This document shows positions 1-11,710 of a stretch of 64,000 nt of DNA, piece by piece. Positions within the stretch are counted from its first letter, which is position 1; every line of letters begins with the position of its first letter. The stretch spans positions 150,040,001 through 150,104,000 of the forward strand of contig NC_043000.1 in assembly GCF_006345805.1 (NCBI RefSeq). Direction: 5' to 3'. Source of the stretch: Octopus sinensis. Its lineage: Eukaryota. The position numbers were made by a program, and so were the translations under genes. The notes below the pieces were generated by a model. The model did not search any database. It was given only the letters and a program-made list of their open reading frames with translations, and was not told the DNA's origin.

Positions 1-189
1 AATTGCCTTGAAAATGTTAAGTTATTCGCTTATCTAAACCAATGAGAGACAAATATTGTATGATGAGAGATTTTCCTGCGAGCTGCTAAATATTAGAGGA
101 AACAAGCTTTCCTAATGTCAGCTATGATTTTATAAACCAAATTGTTTACTGCAACAAACTGCTGTTGACTATTATTATTTTTCTTTTAT

Positions 190-835
190 GTACATGGAAG
201 TCATATATATAATAGATATATACATGTATACATCATTATATACATGTATACATCATTATATCTATAGTCATATATGTAATAGATATATACATGTATACAT
301 CATTATATATATGTATACATCATTATATACATGTATACATCCATCATTATATACATGTATACATCATTATAGACATGTATACATCATTATATAAATGAAT
401 ACATCATTATATACATGTATACATCCATCATTATATACATGTATACATCCATCATTATATACATGTATACATCATTATATATATAGTCATATATGTAATA
501 GATATATACATGTATACATCATTATATATATGTATACATCATTATATACATGTATACATCCATCATTATATACATGTATACATCCATCATTATATACATG
601 TATACATCATTATATATATAGTCATATATGTAATAGATATATACATGTATACATCATTATATATATGTATACATCATTATATACATGTATACATCCATCA
701 TTATATACATGTATACATCATTATAGACATGTATACATCATTATAGACATGTATACATCCATCATTATATACATGTATACATCCATCATTATATACATGT
801 ATACATCATTATATACATGTATACATCATTATACC
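190..835. repeat. Minisatellite of 20/24-bp units (ATACATGTATACAT[CCAT]CATTAT) with an irregular higher-order spacer
   Basis: Tandem units visible directly; core TATACATGTATA is palindromic; spacer TAGTCATATATGTAATAGAT recurs near 265, 484 and 619. Confidence 0.95.
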
Positions 836-979
836 TAACAAAATTTCATTACGTTTTTCAGCACAAACAGTCAGTGTATGTGTGTTTTGTTTATAAACGT
901 GTGTTTATAGTCGTCTACATACTGCACGAATACATCTATATTGATATATCTGAATATAGACATACGTGTGCTAACATCT

Positions 980-1054
<75 letters not shown>

Positions 1055-1634
1055 GCTATATTATATTTCATCTACATTGTATATGTGTGTGGTGTGTGTG
1101 TGCAGGTATCCACTCCTAAGTCGCCATGTTGCAATGTGAACAGGAGTTTTAGTTAATTACCAACGATGTAATTAATTGCTAATTCACCGTGACAGTTTGA
1201 CCATACAAGGTTTTTTTTTTTTAATTATTGCTTACGAGAGGCACATCTGATCGCCAAAACGTATTTGTCCTTCAACGTTTCACTTCACAAGACTTGATTG
1301 CAAAAAGCAAAACGAAACTCAACATCTTTTATTTGCTTTTATAAAGAAAAAAAGAAAAAATCCTTGAAAAATAATAAAATAGCGTTTTTTTTATTGTTGT
1401 TGTTGTTGTAAAAGCAAAAAAAAAAAAAGAAAAACTTTCACGAATTCTAATTAGGGAATCCTGTTTTTGGTATAAAAAAAAAAAATTAGCTTCGTTTATA
1501 AAACACCGAGAAAATATTGACCGAATTTTTTTAACATTGTTTTTCTTTCTCAACCTTCATAAATTGAAATAGGTTGGATATGTGTTTCTAAACAACGAGT
1601 GTAATATATATATATGTGTGTGTGTGTGTGTATG

Positions 1635-1665
<31 letters not shown>

Positions 1666-1946
1666 ATAAATATATGTGTGTGTGTGTATATATATATATG
1701 TGTGTGTGTGTATAAATATATGTGTGTGTATATATATATATGCGTGTGTGCACGCGGACGCATGTGTGCACGCGGACGCATGTGTAGATTTATATGTATA
1801 TTTATACTTGCACACAATAAATGTGTGCATATGTATGCATGTATATATATATGTATTTGGTTCACACACACATATATATATTTACTTACACTCGCACATC
1901 AGTACTTCTTATAACTGAGAAAGAAGCACACTAAAACATTAGAGCA

Positions 1947-1992
<46 letters not shown>

Positions 1993-2172
1993 TAAGTAAT
2001 TAAGGGTTTAGCAACGATTTGCCTCACCACACACCGAATTTAGAAATAGCAGTCAAAGAGTTTTGGCTATTCTTTCTACTTAAAAGGGAGATCCCAGTAA
2101 AACCACAGCACTTAAAAGGCAAACAACGCAGATTATTCCAAATTAATTAATTTCACCCTATATTATTATTGA

Positions 2173-2237
<65 letters not shown>

Positions 2238-3131
2238 TTTTAGTTCCGAAATTGAATATCTGGTAGGCATCGAACATATTATTATTACCCCTTGTTGATG
2301 CCGTGCAAATCTATTTAGGAGGCTATCGATAATTCCAACTCGTTAAATTGGAGTTAACCAAACATTTCATTTAGCTGGCATTTAAGTTGGAATGGAAGTC
2401 AACAAGTTTTGCGAGTTGGAAGAAATTAAACTGTTGCTCTTCGCTAAACACTGTGTTGTTTTCTCTTGAGAACCTTGGAATCGATTTCCCTTTACTACAC
2501 GTTTTACCTCATTTAATGCCTTTGGGAAAACCATCCTCGTGATATAAACACCACATTATTCCCTTATAAATAGGAATTTTCGTCTGTCTGTGTGAAAAAA
2601 ACAATCTACTCTTAAAAATCCTGTGCCGTATTTGTTCCGGCCATTTTAAATTTCTTAGTTCAAATCCCGGCGAAGTCGTCCTTTTCAAGGGTCTGCGAGT
2701 CGGGCAGAGGGTGATGGCGTCAACTAAAGCCCTCACTTTCAGGGCCGCTGGCCTTGAGCCTAAATGACGAAACCTCCTCCCCTATTATTTTTAGAGGCTT
2801 TATAAGGCTTCTTGAATCCTTGCTCCGAGTTTCAGGTTGCTGAATAGACATACTCATATATCCCAATAAATGAGTACATCTTCATATATATATTTAGAAT
2901 AACCAACAATGAAAAGCGGAGCTTAGAACTCTGTGAGAGTAGAAAAAACAGCCAACAACTGATGAAGGGTCCATCTTTATGTTGTTTGTCATGTTTTCCG
3001 TTTCTGTCTTTCGTTGTTCGAAAAAAATAGTTAATATTCTATATACTTGTACTTCGTATTTTTTTTGTGACGTCCTGTGCCCCCATATGCATATATACGT
3101 ATAGATGTAAGTACATATACGTATGTATATA

Positions 3132-3353
3132 TATTTCTTTACTACCCACAAGGGGCTAAACACAGAGGGGACAAACAAAGCGATTAAGTCGTTTCCATCG
3201 GCCCCAGTGCGTAACTGGTACTTAATTTATCGACCCTGAAAGAATCAAAGGCAAAGTCAACCTCGGCGGAATTTGAACCCAGAACGTAACGGCAGACGAA
3301 ATACGGTTACGCATTTCGCCCGGCGTGCTACCATTTCTGCCAGCTCGCCGCCT
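3132..3353 (-). mobile_element. tRNA-headed SINE, family B
   Basis: Minus strand reads GGCGGCGAGCTGGCAGAA... with B-box-like GGGTTCAAATTCC and 3' end ...GGGTAGTAAAGAAATA; near-identical to copies at 4858, 34401 and 52009. Confidence 0.9.
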
Positions 3354-3744
3354 TTTATATACGTATGTATGTATATATGCATATATGTGTGTGTGTATAT
3401 CTGGAGGAGTATGTGTGCGTATGTATGTATACACACATGCATTTAACCTTTCTCTCACCCACCTACACTCCTCGTTTATCAACCGATCCCCCATGCATCG
3501 TTTTTCTCTTTCTCATCTACTTCCAGTTTTTTTTTTCTGTGGTTCTCCGTCTTTTCAGTAGTACCACTTACCACATCCTTTCTCTTGAGACACTTCCCTT
3601 TCGTGCCATTCCTCTCCTAGCCCCCCCCAGCCCCTTCCAACCTCCTTAACTATCGACCACACCTCCATTCTTCCTCACAATTCATTACACACACCTCTAT
3701 GTATGTATGTATGTATGTATGTATACACATATATATATTAGTAT

Positions 3745-3969
3745 GTATGCTTAAGGGTACTGAAAAGTTCCTGACTTTCGGTAAAAGTAAATACAGGAGG
3801 ATCAGTTAATTATGATTTTATTCAACATATTCCCCTCCCAGGTTCACACACTTATTGCAGTGGTCCCTCAGTTTTTCTAAGACCTGCAAAGAGAACTCCA
3901 AAGGTTGCACCTCCAACCGGGCCTTTCACAAAACACTTATAGCCAGAAAATTATCAATCCCCACTCATA
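3745..3969 (-). mobile_element. Mariner-derived non-autonomous element
   Basis: Degenerate TIRs (GGGTACTGAAAAGTTCCTG / TAGCCAGAAAATTATCAATCCCC); minus strand encodes HCNKCVNLGGEYVE*, resembling a mariner transposase C-terminus. Confidence 0.75.
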
Positions 3970-4217
3970 CTTATAAATATATATATATACATACATACAC
4001 ACACACACACATATATATATTAAAAAAGGAGAAGGCCATTTTTGAATATGTATATTTTAATATATATATATTAAAGATGAGAAAGGCCAATTACCTTAGG
4101 GTTCCCATCTATAAAGGGTTTACCTTCATGGCATATCGTCAGATCACAAAAACCTTTTGAACAATGACCTCTTCAAAATATATGCATATATGTATGTATT
4201 TGTATATATATATATAT

Positions 4218-4563
4218 CTAAATCAGCCTCATCTGGCACCTGTGTCGGTGGCACATAAAAACACCATCCGAGCGTGGCCGTCTGCCAGCCTCATCTGGCA
4301 CCTGTGTCGGTGGCACATAAAAAACACCATCCGAGCGTAGCCGTTTGCCAGCCTCGTCTGGCACCTGTGTCGGTGGCACGTAAAAAGCACCCACTACACT
4401 CTCGGAGTGGTTGGCGTTAGGAAGGGCATCCAGCTGTAGAAACACTGCCAGATCTGACTGGACTGGTGCAGCTTTCGGGCTCCCCAGACCCCAGTTGAAC
4501 CGTCCAACCCATGCTAGCATGGAAAGCGGACGTTAAATGATGATGATGATGATGATGATGATG
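4218..4563 (+). mobile_element. RTE LINE 3' UTR fragment (family C) with about 3 tandem ~60-bp units and (ATG)n tail
   Basis: Same sequence as the UTR following the RT remnant at 8902-9480; ends CCATGCTAGCATGGAAAGCGGACGTTAAATGATGATG. Confidence 0.9.
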
Positions 4564-4857
4564 AATACGTGACAGTTATTCGGTAGCCAAGATAAAACTC
4601 TGAGTTTCGGATGCCGAGGTGGAAATCCACATCACCCCGGTGACTGAGACCTTTGGGTATATTCTGTGCATCAGAAGACCTGTCAAGTCAACTGACATCT
4701 TAGTCATGGCCGATGCCAGTGTTACATAACTGTCAACCTTGCGAGTGGCATGTAAAAACCACTCATTAAACTCTTGCAGTAGTTGGCATTAAGACGGCCA
4801 CTCAGCCATAGAAACCATGCCGAATCAGACTGCAGGTTGCCAGTTTTCAGTCAAACC

Positions 4858-5088
4858 TATTTCTTTACTACCCACAAGGGGCTGAACACAGAGAGACAAA
4901 CAAGGACAGACAAACGGATTAAATCAACTACATTGACCCCAGTGCGTAACAGGTACTTATTTAATCGACCCCCGTAAGGATGAAAGGCAAAGTCGACCTC
5001 GGCGGAATTTGAACTCAGAACTTAACGGCAGACGAAATACGGCTACACATTTCGCCCGGCGTGCTAACGTTTCTGCCAGCTCGCCGCC
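4858..5088 (-). mobile_element. SINE family B with 14-bp TSD, nested in an older family-C-like copy
   Basis: Flanking TTTTCAGTC(A/G)AACC at 4844-4857 and 5089-5102. Confidence 0.92.
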
Positions 5089-5269
5089 TTTTCAGTCGAA
5101 CCATCCAACCCATACCAGCAGGGAGAACAAACAAATGGTTCTGAAGATAATATATTTGTATATATATACACATATGTATACATCTTTATCTCTCTCTCTC
5201 TCCCTCTCGCTCTGTATATATATATATTTGTATACATATATGTTTCTATATATATCATATTTGTATAAA

Positions 5270-5490
5270 AGCCTGAGGAAAGCGCACAAAGTGGATGTAC
5301 ACGTTTTTAAATCAAAGCTGGATCTCTTCCTGTCAAGAGTCCAAGATGAATCTACCTCATGGCAAGAGGTGCAAATGAGGGTCGCTACATCAAACTCCAT
5401 TCTTCACCAAGTGCCACATATTGCAGGAAGCTCTCAGAAATAACAGTGTAGCAAAATGGCAGTGCATCAGCATGGCTGCAGCTCTGAGGA
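5270..5490 (+). mobile_element. CR1-group LINE 3' end fragment
   Basis: Encodes [38 protein letters not shown], homologous to the C-terminus at 9893-10379. Confidence 0.85.
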
Positions 5491-5559
5491 GAGAGTACAG
5501 AGAAAAATATTACACACACACACACACACATATATATATGTGTGTGTGTGTGTATATAT

Positions 5560-5957
5560 ATGTACATATATATCTATATATGTATATATATATGTATGTG
5601 TATGTACATATATGTACATGTATATATATATTTTTGTATATAAATAAAAGGGGCAGGCAACAGGTTGCTTAGCCACATACTGGAAAAATTAGAAATAACA
5701 GTCAAACACTGTCAAATATATATGTATATGTATATATATGTATGTATATGTATTCGTATATATATATCTATTTGTATGTATTGTATATATATGTATATAT
5801 ATATATAGTATATATGTGTGTGTATATATATATGAGTATATATATATGTGTGTTGTGTATTATATATATAGATATGTGTGTTTATATATCTGTGTGTGTG
5901 TATATATCATCATCATCGTCGTTAACGTCCGTTCTCCATGCTAGCATGGGTTGGACT

Positions 5958-6043
<86 letters not shown>

Positions 6044-6490
6044 ATATATGTGTGTGTGTGTATATATATGTGGTGTGTGTATAATATGTACATATATATC
6101 TATATATGTATATATATATGTATGTGTATGTACATATATGTACATGTATATATATATTTTTGTATATAAATAAAAGGGGCAGGCAACAGGTTGCTTAGCC
6201 ACATACTGGAAAAATTAGAAATAACAGTCAAACACTGTCAAATATATATGTATATGTATATATATGTATGTATATGTATTCGTATATATATATCTATTTG
6301 TATGTATTTGTATATATATGTATATATATATATATATATGTGTGTGTGTATATATATATGAGTATATATATATGTGTGTGTATATATATATATATGTGTG
6401 TTTATATATCTGTGTGTGTGTATATATCATCATCATCGTCGTTAACGTCCGTTCTCCATGCTAGCATGGGTTGGACTATATATATGTAAT
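5560..6490. repeat. Tandem duplication with ~520-526 bp period
   Basis: Anchors GGGCAGGCAACAGG at 5651 and 6177; GTTAACGTCCGTTCTCCATGC at 5921 and 6441. Confidence 0.9.
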
Positions 6491-6502
6491 GTATAGTATA
6501 TA

Positions 6503-6563
<61 letters not shown>

Positions 6564-7560
6564 ATATATGTGTGTGTGTGTATATATATGTGGTGTGTGT
6601 ATATATATGTGTGTGTGTGTATATATATATGTGTGGTATATATATATGTGTGTGTGTATAGAATGTATGTCTGTATATGTTATATATATATATATGTATA
6701 TGTATATATGTATATGTATATTATATATATATATATATGTGTGTATATATATATAGATGTGTGTATATATTTATATGTATATATATATATATACATATAT
6801 ATATACACACATATATATACAGTATAGTATATATTATATGTATACTATATATATATGTATATGTATATATGTATGTGTATATATATATATATGTGTGTAT
6901 ATATATTATATATGTGTATATATATATATATACATATATATATATCACACATATATATACATGTATATTATATATACATATATATACACACATTATATAT
7001 ATACATATGTGTATATATTATATTTATGTGTGTGTATATATACATATATGTGTGTATATATGTATCATGTATATATATATATGTGTATATATATGTTATA
7101 TGTTATATTATATATATATGTATAATGTGTATATGTATATATGATATATATGTGTATATGTATATGTGTATATGTTATATATATGTTATATATATGTGGA
7201 TATATGTATATATATATGTATATATATATGTAATATATGTATATATATGTGATATATATATGTATATATATGTATTATATATATGTATAATATGTATCTA
7301 TATATATGTATATAGTGTATATATGGATATATATGTGTTATATATGTGTAGTATATGTGTATATATAGTATATATATTGTATATATATGTAATATAATGT
7401 ATATATGTATATATATGTTAGTTATATATATATGTATATATATGTATATATGTGTTCTTATATATATATATATATATTGTGTATTATGTATATGTGTGTG
7501 TATATATGTATATGTGTGTGTATATATGTATATGTGTGTGTATATATGTATATATATATA
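6490..7560. repeat. Degenerate (TA)n/(TG)n microsatellite field
   Basis: Low-complexity sequence; source of spurious Tyr/Ile/Val ORFs. Confidence 0.97.
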
Positions 7561-7562
7561 TA

Positions 7563-7789
7563 TAGCGTCCGCTTTCCATGCTAGCATGGGTTGGACGGTT
7601 CAACTGGGGTCTGGGAAGCCAGAAGGCTGCACCAAGCTCAGTCTGATCTGGCAATGTTTCTATGGCTGGATGCCCTTCCTAGCGCCAACCACTCCGTGAT
7701 TGTAGTGGGTGCTTTTTATGTGCCACACGAGGCTGGCAAATGGCCACAATTGGATGGTGCTTTTTACGTGCAACCGGCACGGACGTGCC

Positions 7790-7790
<1 letters not shown>
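7563..7790 (-). mobile_element. RTE LINE 3' end (family C), inverted relative to 7827-9480
   Basis: Reverse complement of the family C terminal ~230 bp. Confidence 0.9.
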
Positions 7791-7826
<36 letters not shown>

Positions 7827-7828
<2 letters not shown>

Positions 7829-9480
7829 GAATTCCGGGTAGAGGTAGGGGTCCACCAAGGCTCAGTCCTCAGTCCCCTCCTATTTATCATAGTCCTCTAG
7901 GCAATAACGGAGGAATTCAAGACAGGATGCCCCTGGGAGCTCTTCTATGCTGATGACCTTGCTCTAATTGCTGAGTCACTATCAGAACTGGAGGAGAAGT
8001 TTCAGGTGTGGAAGCACTGATTAGAATGAAAGGGCCTTAGAGTCAATCTAGCTAAAACCAAAGTCCTAATAAGTAGGAAGGTAGACAAATCACCAACGCC
8101 TTCAGGTAGATGGCCCTGCTCGATCTGTAGAAAAGGTGTAGGTAGAAACTCTATAAGATGCACCAAGTGTAAGCTATGGACACATAAGAGGTGCAGCAAT
8201 CTCAAAGAAAGGCTAACTAGGAAGATAGTTTTTGTATGTGGCAGATGCTCAGGAGCAATAAACACTGAAAATGTGCAGAGACCAACTTCTGCCACATTAC
8301 AGGGAGAAAAACTAGAAATAGTTGATAGCTTCCGTTACCTAGGTAACCAAGTCAGTAGCGGGGCGTGTGTGCTGAAAGTGTAACTGCTAGAGTAAGAATA
8401 GCTTGGGCAAAGTTCAGAGAGCTCTTACCGCTGCTGGTGACAAAAGGCCTCTCGCTCAGAGTAAAAGGCAGACTGTATGACGCGTGTGTACGAACAGCCA
8501 TGCTACATGGCAGTGAAATGTGAGCCGTGGCTGCTGAGGATATGCGTAAGCTCGCAAGAAATGAAGCCAGTATGCTCCGATGGATGTGTAATGTCAGTGT
8601 TCATACTCGACAGAGTGTAAGTACCTTGAGAGAAAAGCTGGACCTAAGAAGCATCAGTTGTGGTGTGCAAGGGAGACGTTTGTGCTGGTATGGTCATGTG
8701 GCGAGAATGGATGAAGATAGTTGTGTGAAAAAGTTCCACACCCTAGCGGTTGAGGGAACCTGTGGAAGAGGCAGACCCAGGAAAACCTGGGACGAGGTGG
8801 TGAAGCACGACCTTCGAACTTTAGGTCTCACTGAGGAAATGACTAGAGACCGAGACCTCTGGAAGTATGCTGTGCGTGAGAAGACCCGGCAGGACAAGTG
8901 AGACCATAACCAGTGGACTCTACACAGGATGTAGTCAGTCCACTTATGCATACCTTTCCTTCTTGGGACACAAAACTCTACTTGTGAAGACCTGTTGAGG
9001 CAAGTGAGAATCGAATCGAAATCGATCAATGGAAATTGCAGCTGAGATACCACTGCCAGTGGCACATAAGAGAACCATCCGAACGTGGCCATTGCCAGTG
9101 CCGCCCCGACTGGCCTCGTGCCGGTGGCACGTAAAAAGCAGCATCCATTCGTGGCCATTGCCAGCCCCGCCTGGCCCCCGTGCCGGTGGCACGTAAAAAG
9201 CAGCATCCATTCGTGGCCATTGCCAGCCCCGCCTGGCCCCCGTGCCGGTGGCACGTAAAAAGCACCATCCGATCGTGGCTGTTTGCCAGACTCGTCTGGC
9301 ATGTAAAAAGCACCCACTACTCTCACGGAGTGGTTGGCGTTAGGAAGGGCATCCAGCCGTAGAAACATTGCTAGATCAGACTGGGCCTGGTGCAGCCTTC
9401 TGGCTTCCCAGACCCCAGTTGAACCGTCCAACCCATGCCAGCATGGAAAGTGGACGCTAAACGATGATGATCATGATGAT
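7827..9480 (+). mobile_element. 5'-truncated RTE-clade LINE: decayed RT C-terminal half, 3' UTR and (ATG)n tail
   Basis: EFRVEVGVHQGSVLSPLLFIIVL, ELLYADDL, GLRVNLAKTK, WYGHVARM and GRGRPRKTW motifs with stops and frameshifts; ORF ends at 8901. Confidence 0.93.
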
Positions 9481-9892
9481 ATATATATATATATGTGTTT
9501 GTGTGTAAATATATATATATATATGTGGTGTGTGTAAATATTACATGTGTGTGTAATATATATATATATATGTAAATATATACTGTGTTTGTAAATATAT
9601 ATATATAATATATATTATATATATATATTATATATATATTACATATATATATGTAAAAAATATATATGTGTGTGTGTGAAATTATATATATATATAATTA
9701 CATATATATATAATCTATATATCTAATATATTACATATATATATGTAAATATATATGTGTGTGTGTAAATTATATATATATATATAATTACATATATATA
9801 TATATATCATATATATATATATTCAATATATATATATTTACATATATATACATATATATATATTTACATATATATATATATATGTGTGTCAA

Positions 9893-10450
9893 ATTAATCA
9901 CAGAACTTGAGGCGATCCAACGAAGCTACACGAAGAAGATAGCCTCTGTGCAGCATATAAGTTATTGGGAAAGACTCCAGAGATTAAGACTTTATTCCTT
10001 AGAGCGTAGCCGAGAAATATATGCCATAATATACATCTGGAAGATCCTGGAAGGACTTGTCCCAAACTTTGGCATTGAGAGTTACACAAATACTAGAACT
10101 GGGCGCCGCTGCATAGTGCCAAGGTCTCCAAATTTGCCATTAAGATGTAGGACAAGATACTGTGATAGCCTGGGTTTCAGAGGTCCACAGCTCTTCAATA
10201 TCCTCCTGAAGGACCTAAGAGACCTGCATGGGATGGATGCAGATGTCTTTAAAATAAAGCTGGACCTCTTCCTGTCAGGTTTCCCAGATGAACCAACTTC
10301 ACGGCAGGAGGTGCAGATGAGAGCAGCTGCATCGAACTCTCTCATGCACCAAATGTCAATTGCTAAAAAGCATGTGTGAAGTAAAATCATGTAGCAACAT
10401 CGAATGGCGGTGCTCTAGCATGGCCACAGCTCGTGAAACTAGATAAAATG
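9893..10450 (+). mobile_element. CR1-group LINE 3' end (RT C-terminal region and tail)
   Basis: ELEAIQRSYTKKI...SYWERLQRLRLYSLERSRE...FKIKLDLFLSGFPDEP, a typical CR1/L2-group C-terminus. Confidence 0.88.
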
Positions 10451-10495
10451 AAAAAAAAAAATGAAAAATATATATTTACATATATATATATATAT

Positions 10496-10564
<69 letters not shown>

Positions 10565-10872
10565 ATATGAGGGAATATTATTCCAAACTTACAGGGGAAA
10601 ATTCAATTTAGAAATACTATATCAAATTTCACAAATATAATATATATATATAAATTAGAAAAACCCACCTTTTATCAATTCAATAATGATAAATTAAATT
10701 ATACCATTTAGAAAAATTACATATTATAGAAAGATTAAACTAAATTTAAGATAAAACATATAGCGATGATTTAGTAATGTCCAAAATAATAGATAAAATG
10801 TATATATTTGGTAGAATAATGACATGTGTTTCGTGGCTATATTTAAGAATGATAATAGTAAAATGATAGTAG

Positions 10873-10972
10873 NNNNNNNNNNNNNNNNNNNNNNNNNNNN
10901 NNNNNNNNNNNNNNNNNNNNNNNNNNNNNNNNNNNNNNNNNNNNNNNNNNNNNNNNNNNNNNNNNNNNNNNN
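10873..10972. other. Assembly gap (100 N)
   Basis: Run of N. Confidence 1.
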
Positions 10973-11372
10973 CACAGAAAAGAAACACAGAAAGAAACAA
11001 GGCGAGAAAAAAATGTGTGCAGGGGCTAGCGAATCAACATGGCGATCTGATTTCGGCGAGAATCAAAGATCAAACGTGAGATGCAAGACCGAAATTAGGG
11101 GAGATAACATACACACATATATATATATATACATATATATATATTTTTATACATATACATATATATACATATATATATATATGCAAATATATATATACAT
11201 ACCTATATATATATACAAATATATGTACATATATATACATATATATATACATAGGTTTTTGCTTTGGTGTCTCGCTCTGCTGTATACGAATATGAGGATT
11301 TGCATCCCCAACAAAAATCGTCTTTTTCCCAAACTTATAATATAATACATGTCTTTGGTGTGGTAATTGTGC

Positions 11373-11460
11373 GCGGCTGATGAAGGCTATTGACATACAT
11401 ATTACATCATTTATGCATTGATATAAACTGTCTAATAAAGGCCAGAAACATATGTTCTGC
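11373..11460 (+). ncRNA. Candidate minimal type-I hammerhead ribozyme
   Basis: GCGG-CTGATGA (11377-83), a long stem II, GAAA (11445-48), palindromic stem III ACATATGT, U17, then CTGC pairing with GCGG. Confidence 0.6.
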
Positions 11461-11710
11461 CAAATCCTTTGCATCCTGTTTTTCTTTTGATAAATATATA
11501 TATCCATATATATATATATATATATATACATACCTATATTTATACAAATGTATATACACACACATATACACACACATATATATATATACATGCACACACA
11601 TATATATACATATATATATATACAAATATATATAATAATATATACAAATATATTTATACCTATATATATATACATGTACAAATATGTATATGTATGTGTA
11701 TATTTATATA

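Noticed and set aside
2480-2880. Promoter or first exon
   Set aside because: Somewhat GC- and CpG-richer and partly a degenerate SINE B head; there is no specific evidence without expression data.
188-7587. Many long ORFs rich in Y/I/V/C/H/T
   Set aside because: They are translations of (TA)n, (TG)n and minisatellite DNA. The same applies to similar ORFs throughout the window.
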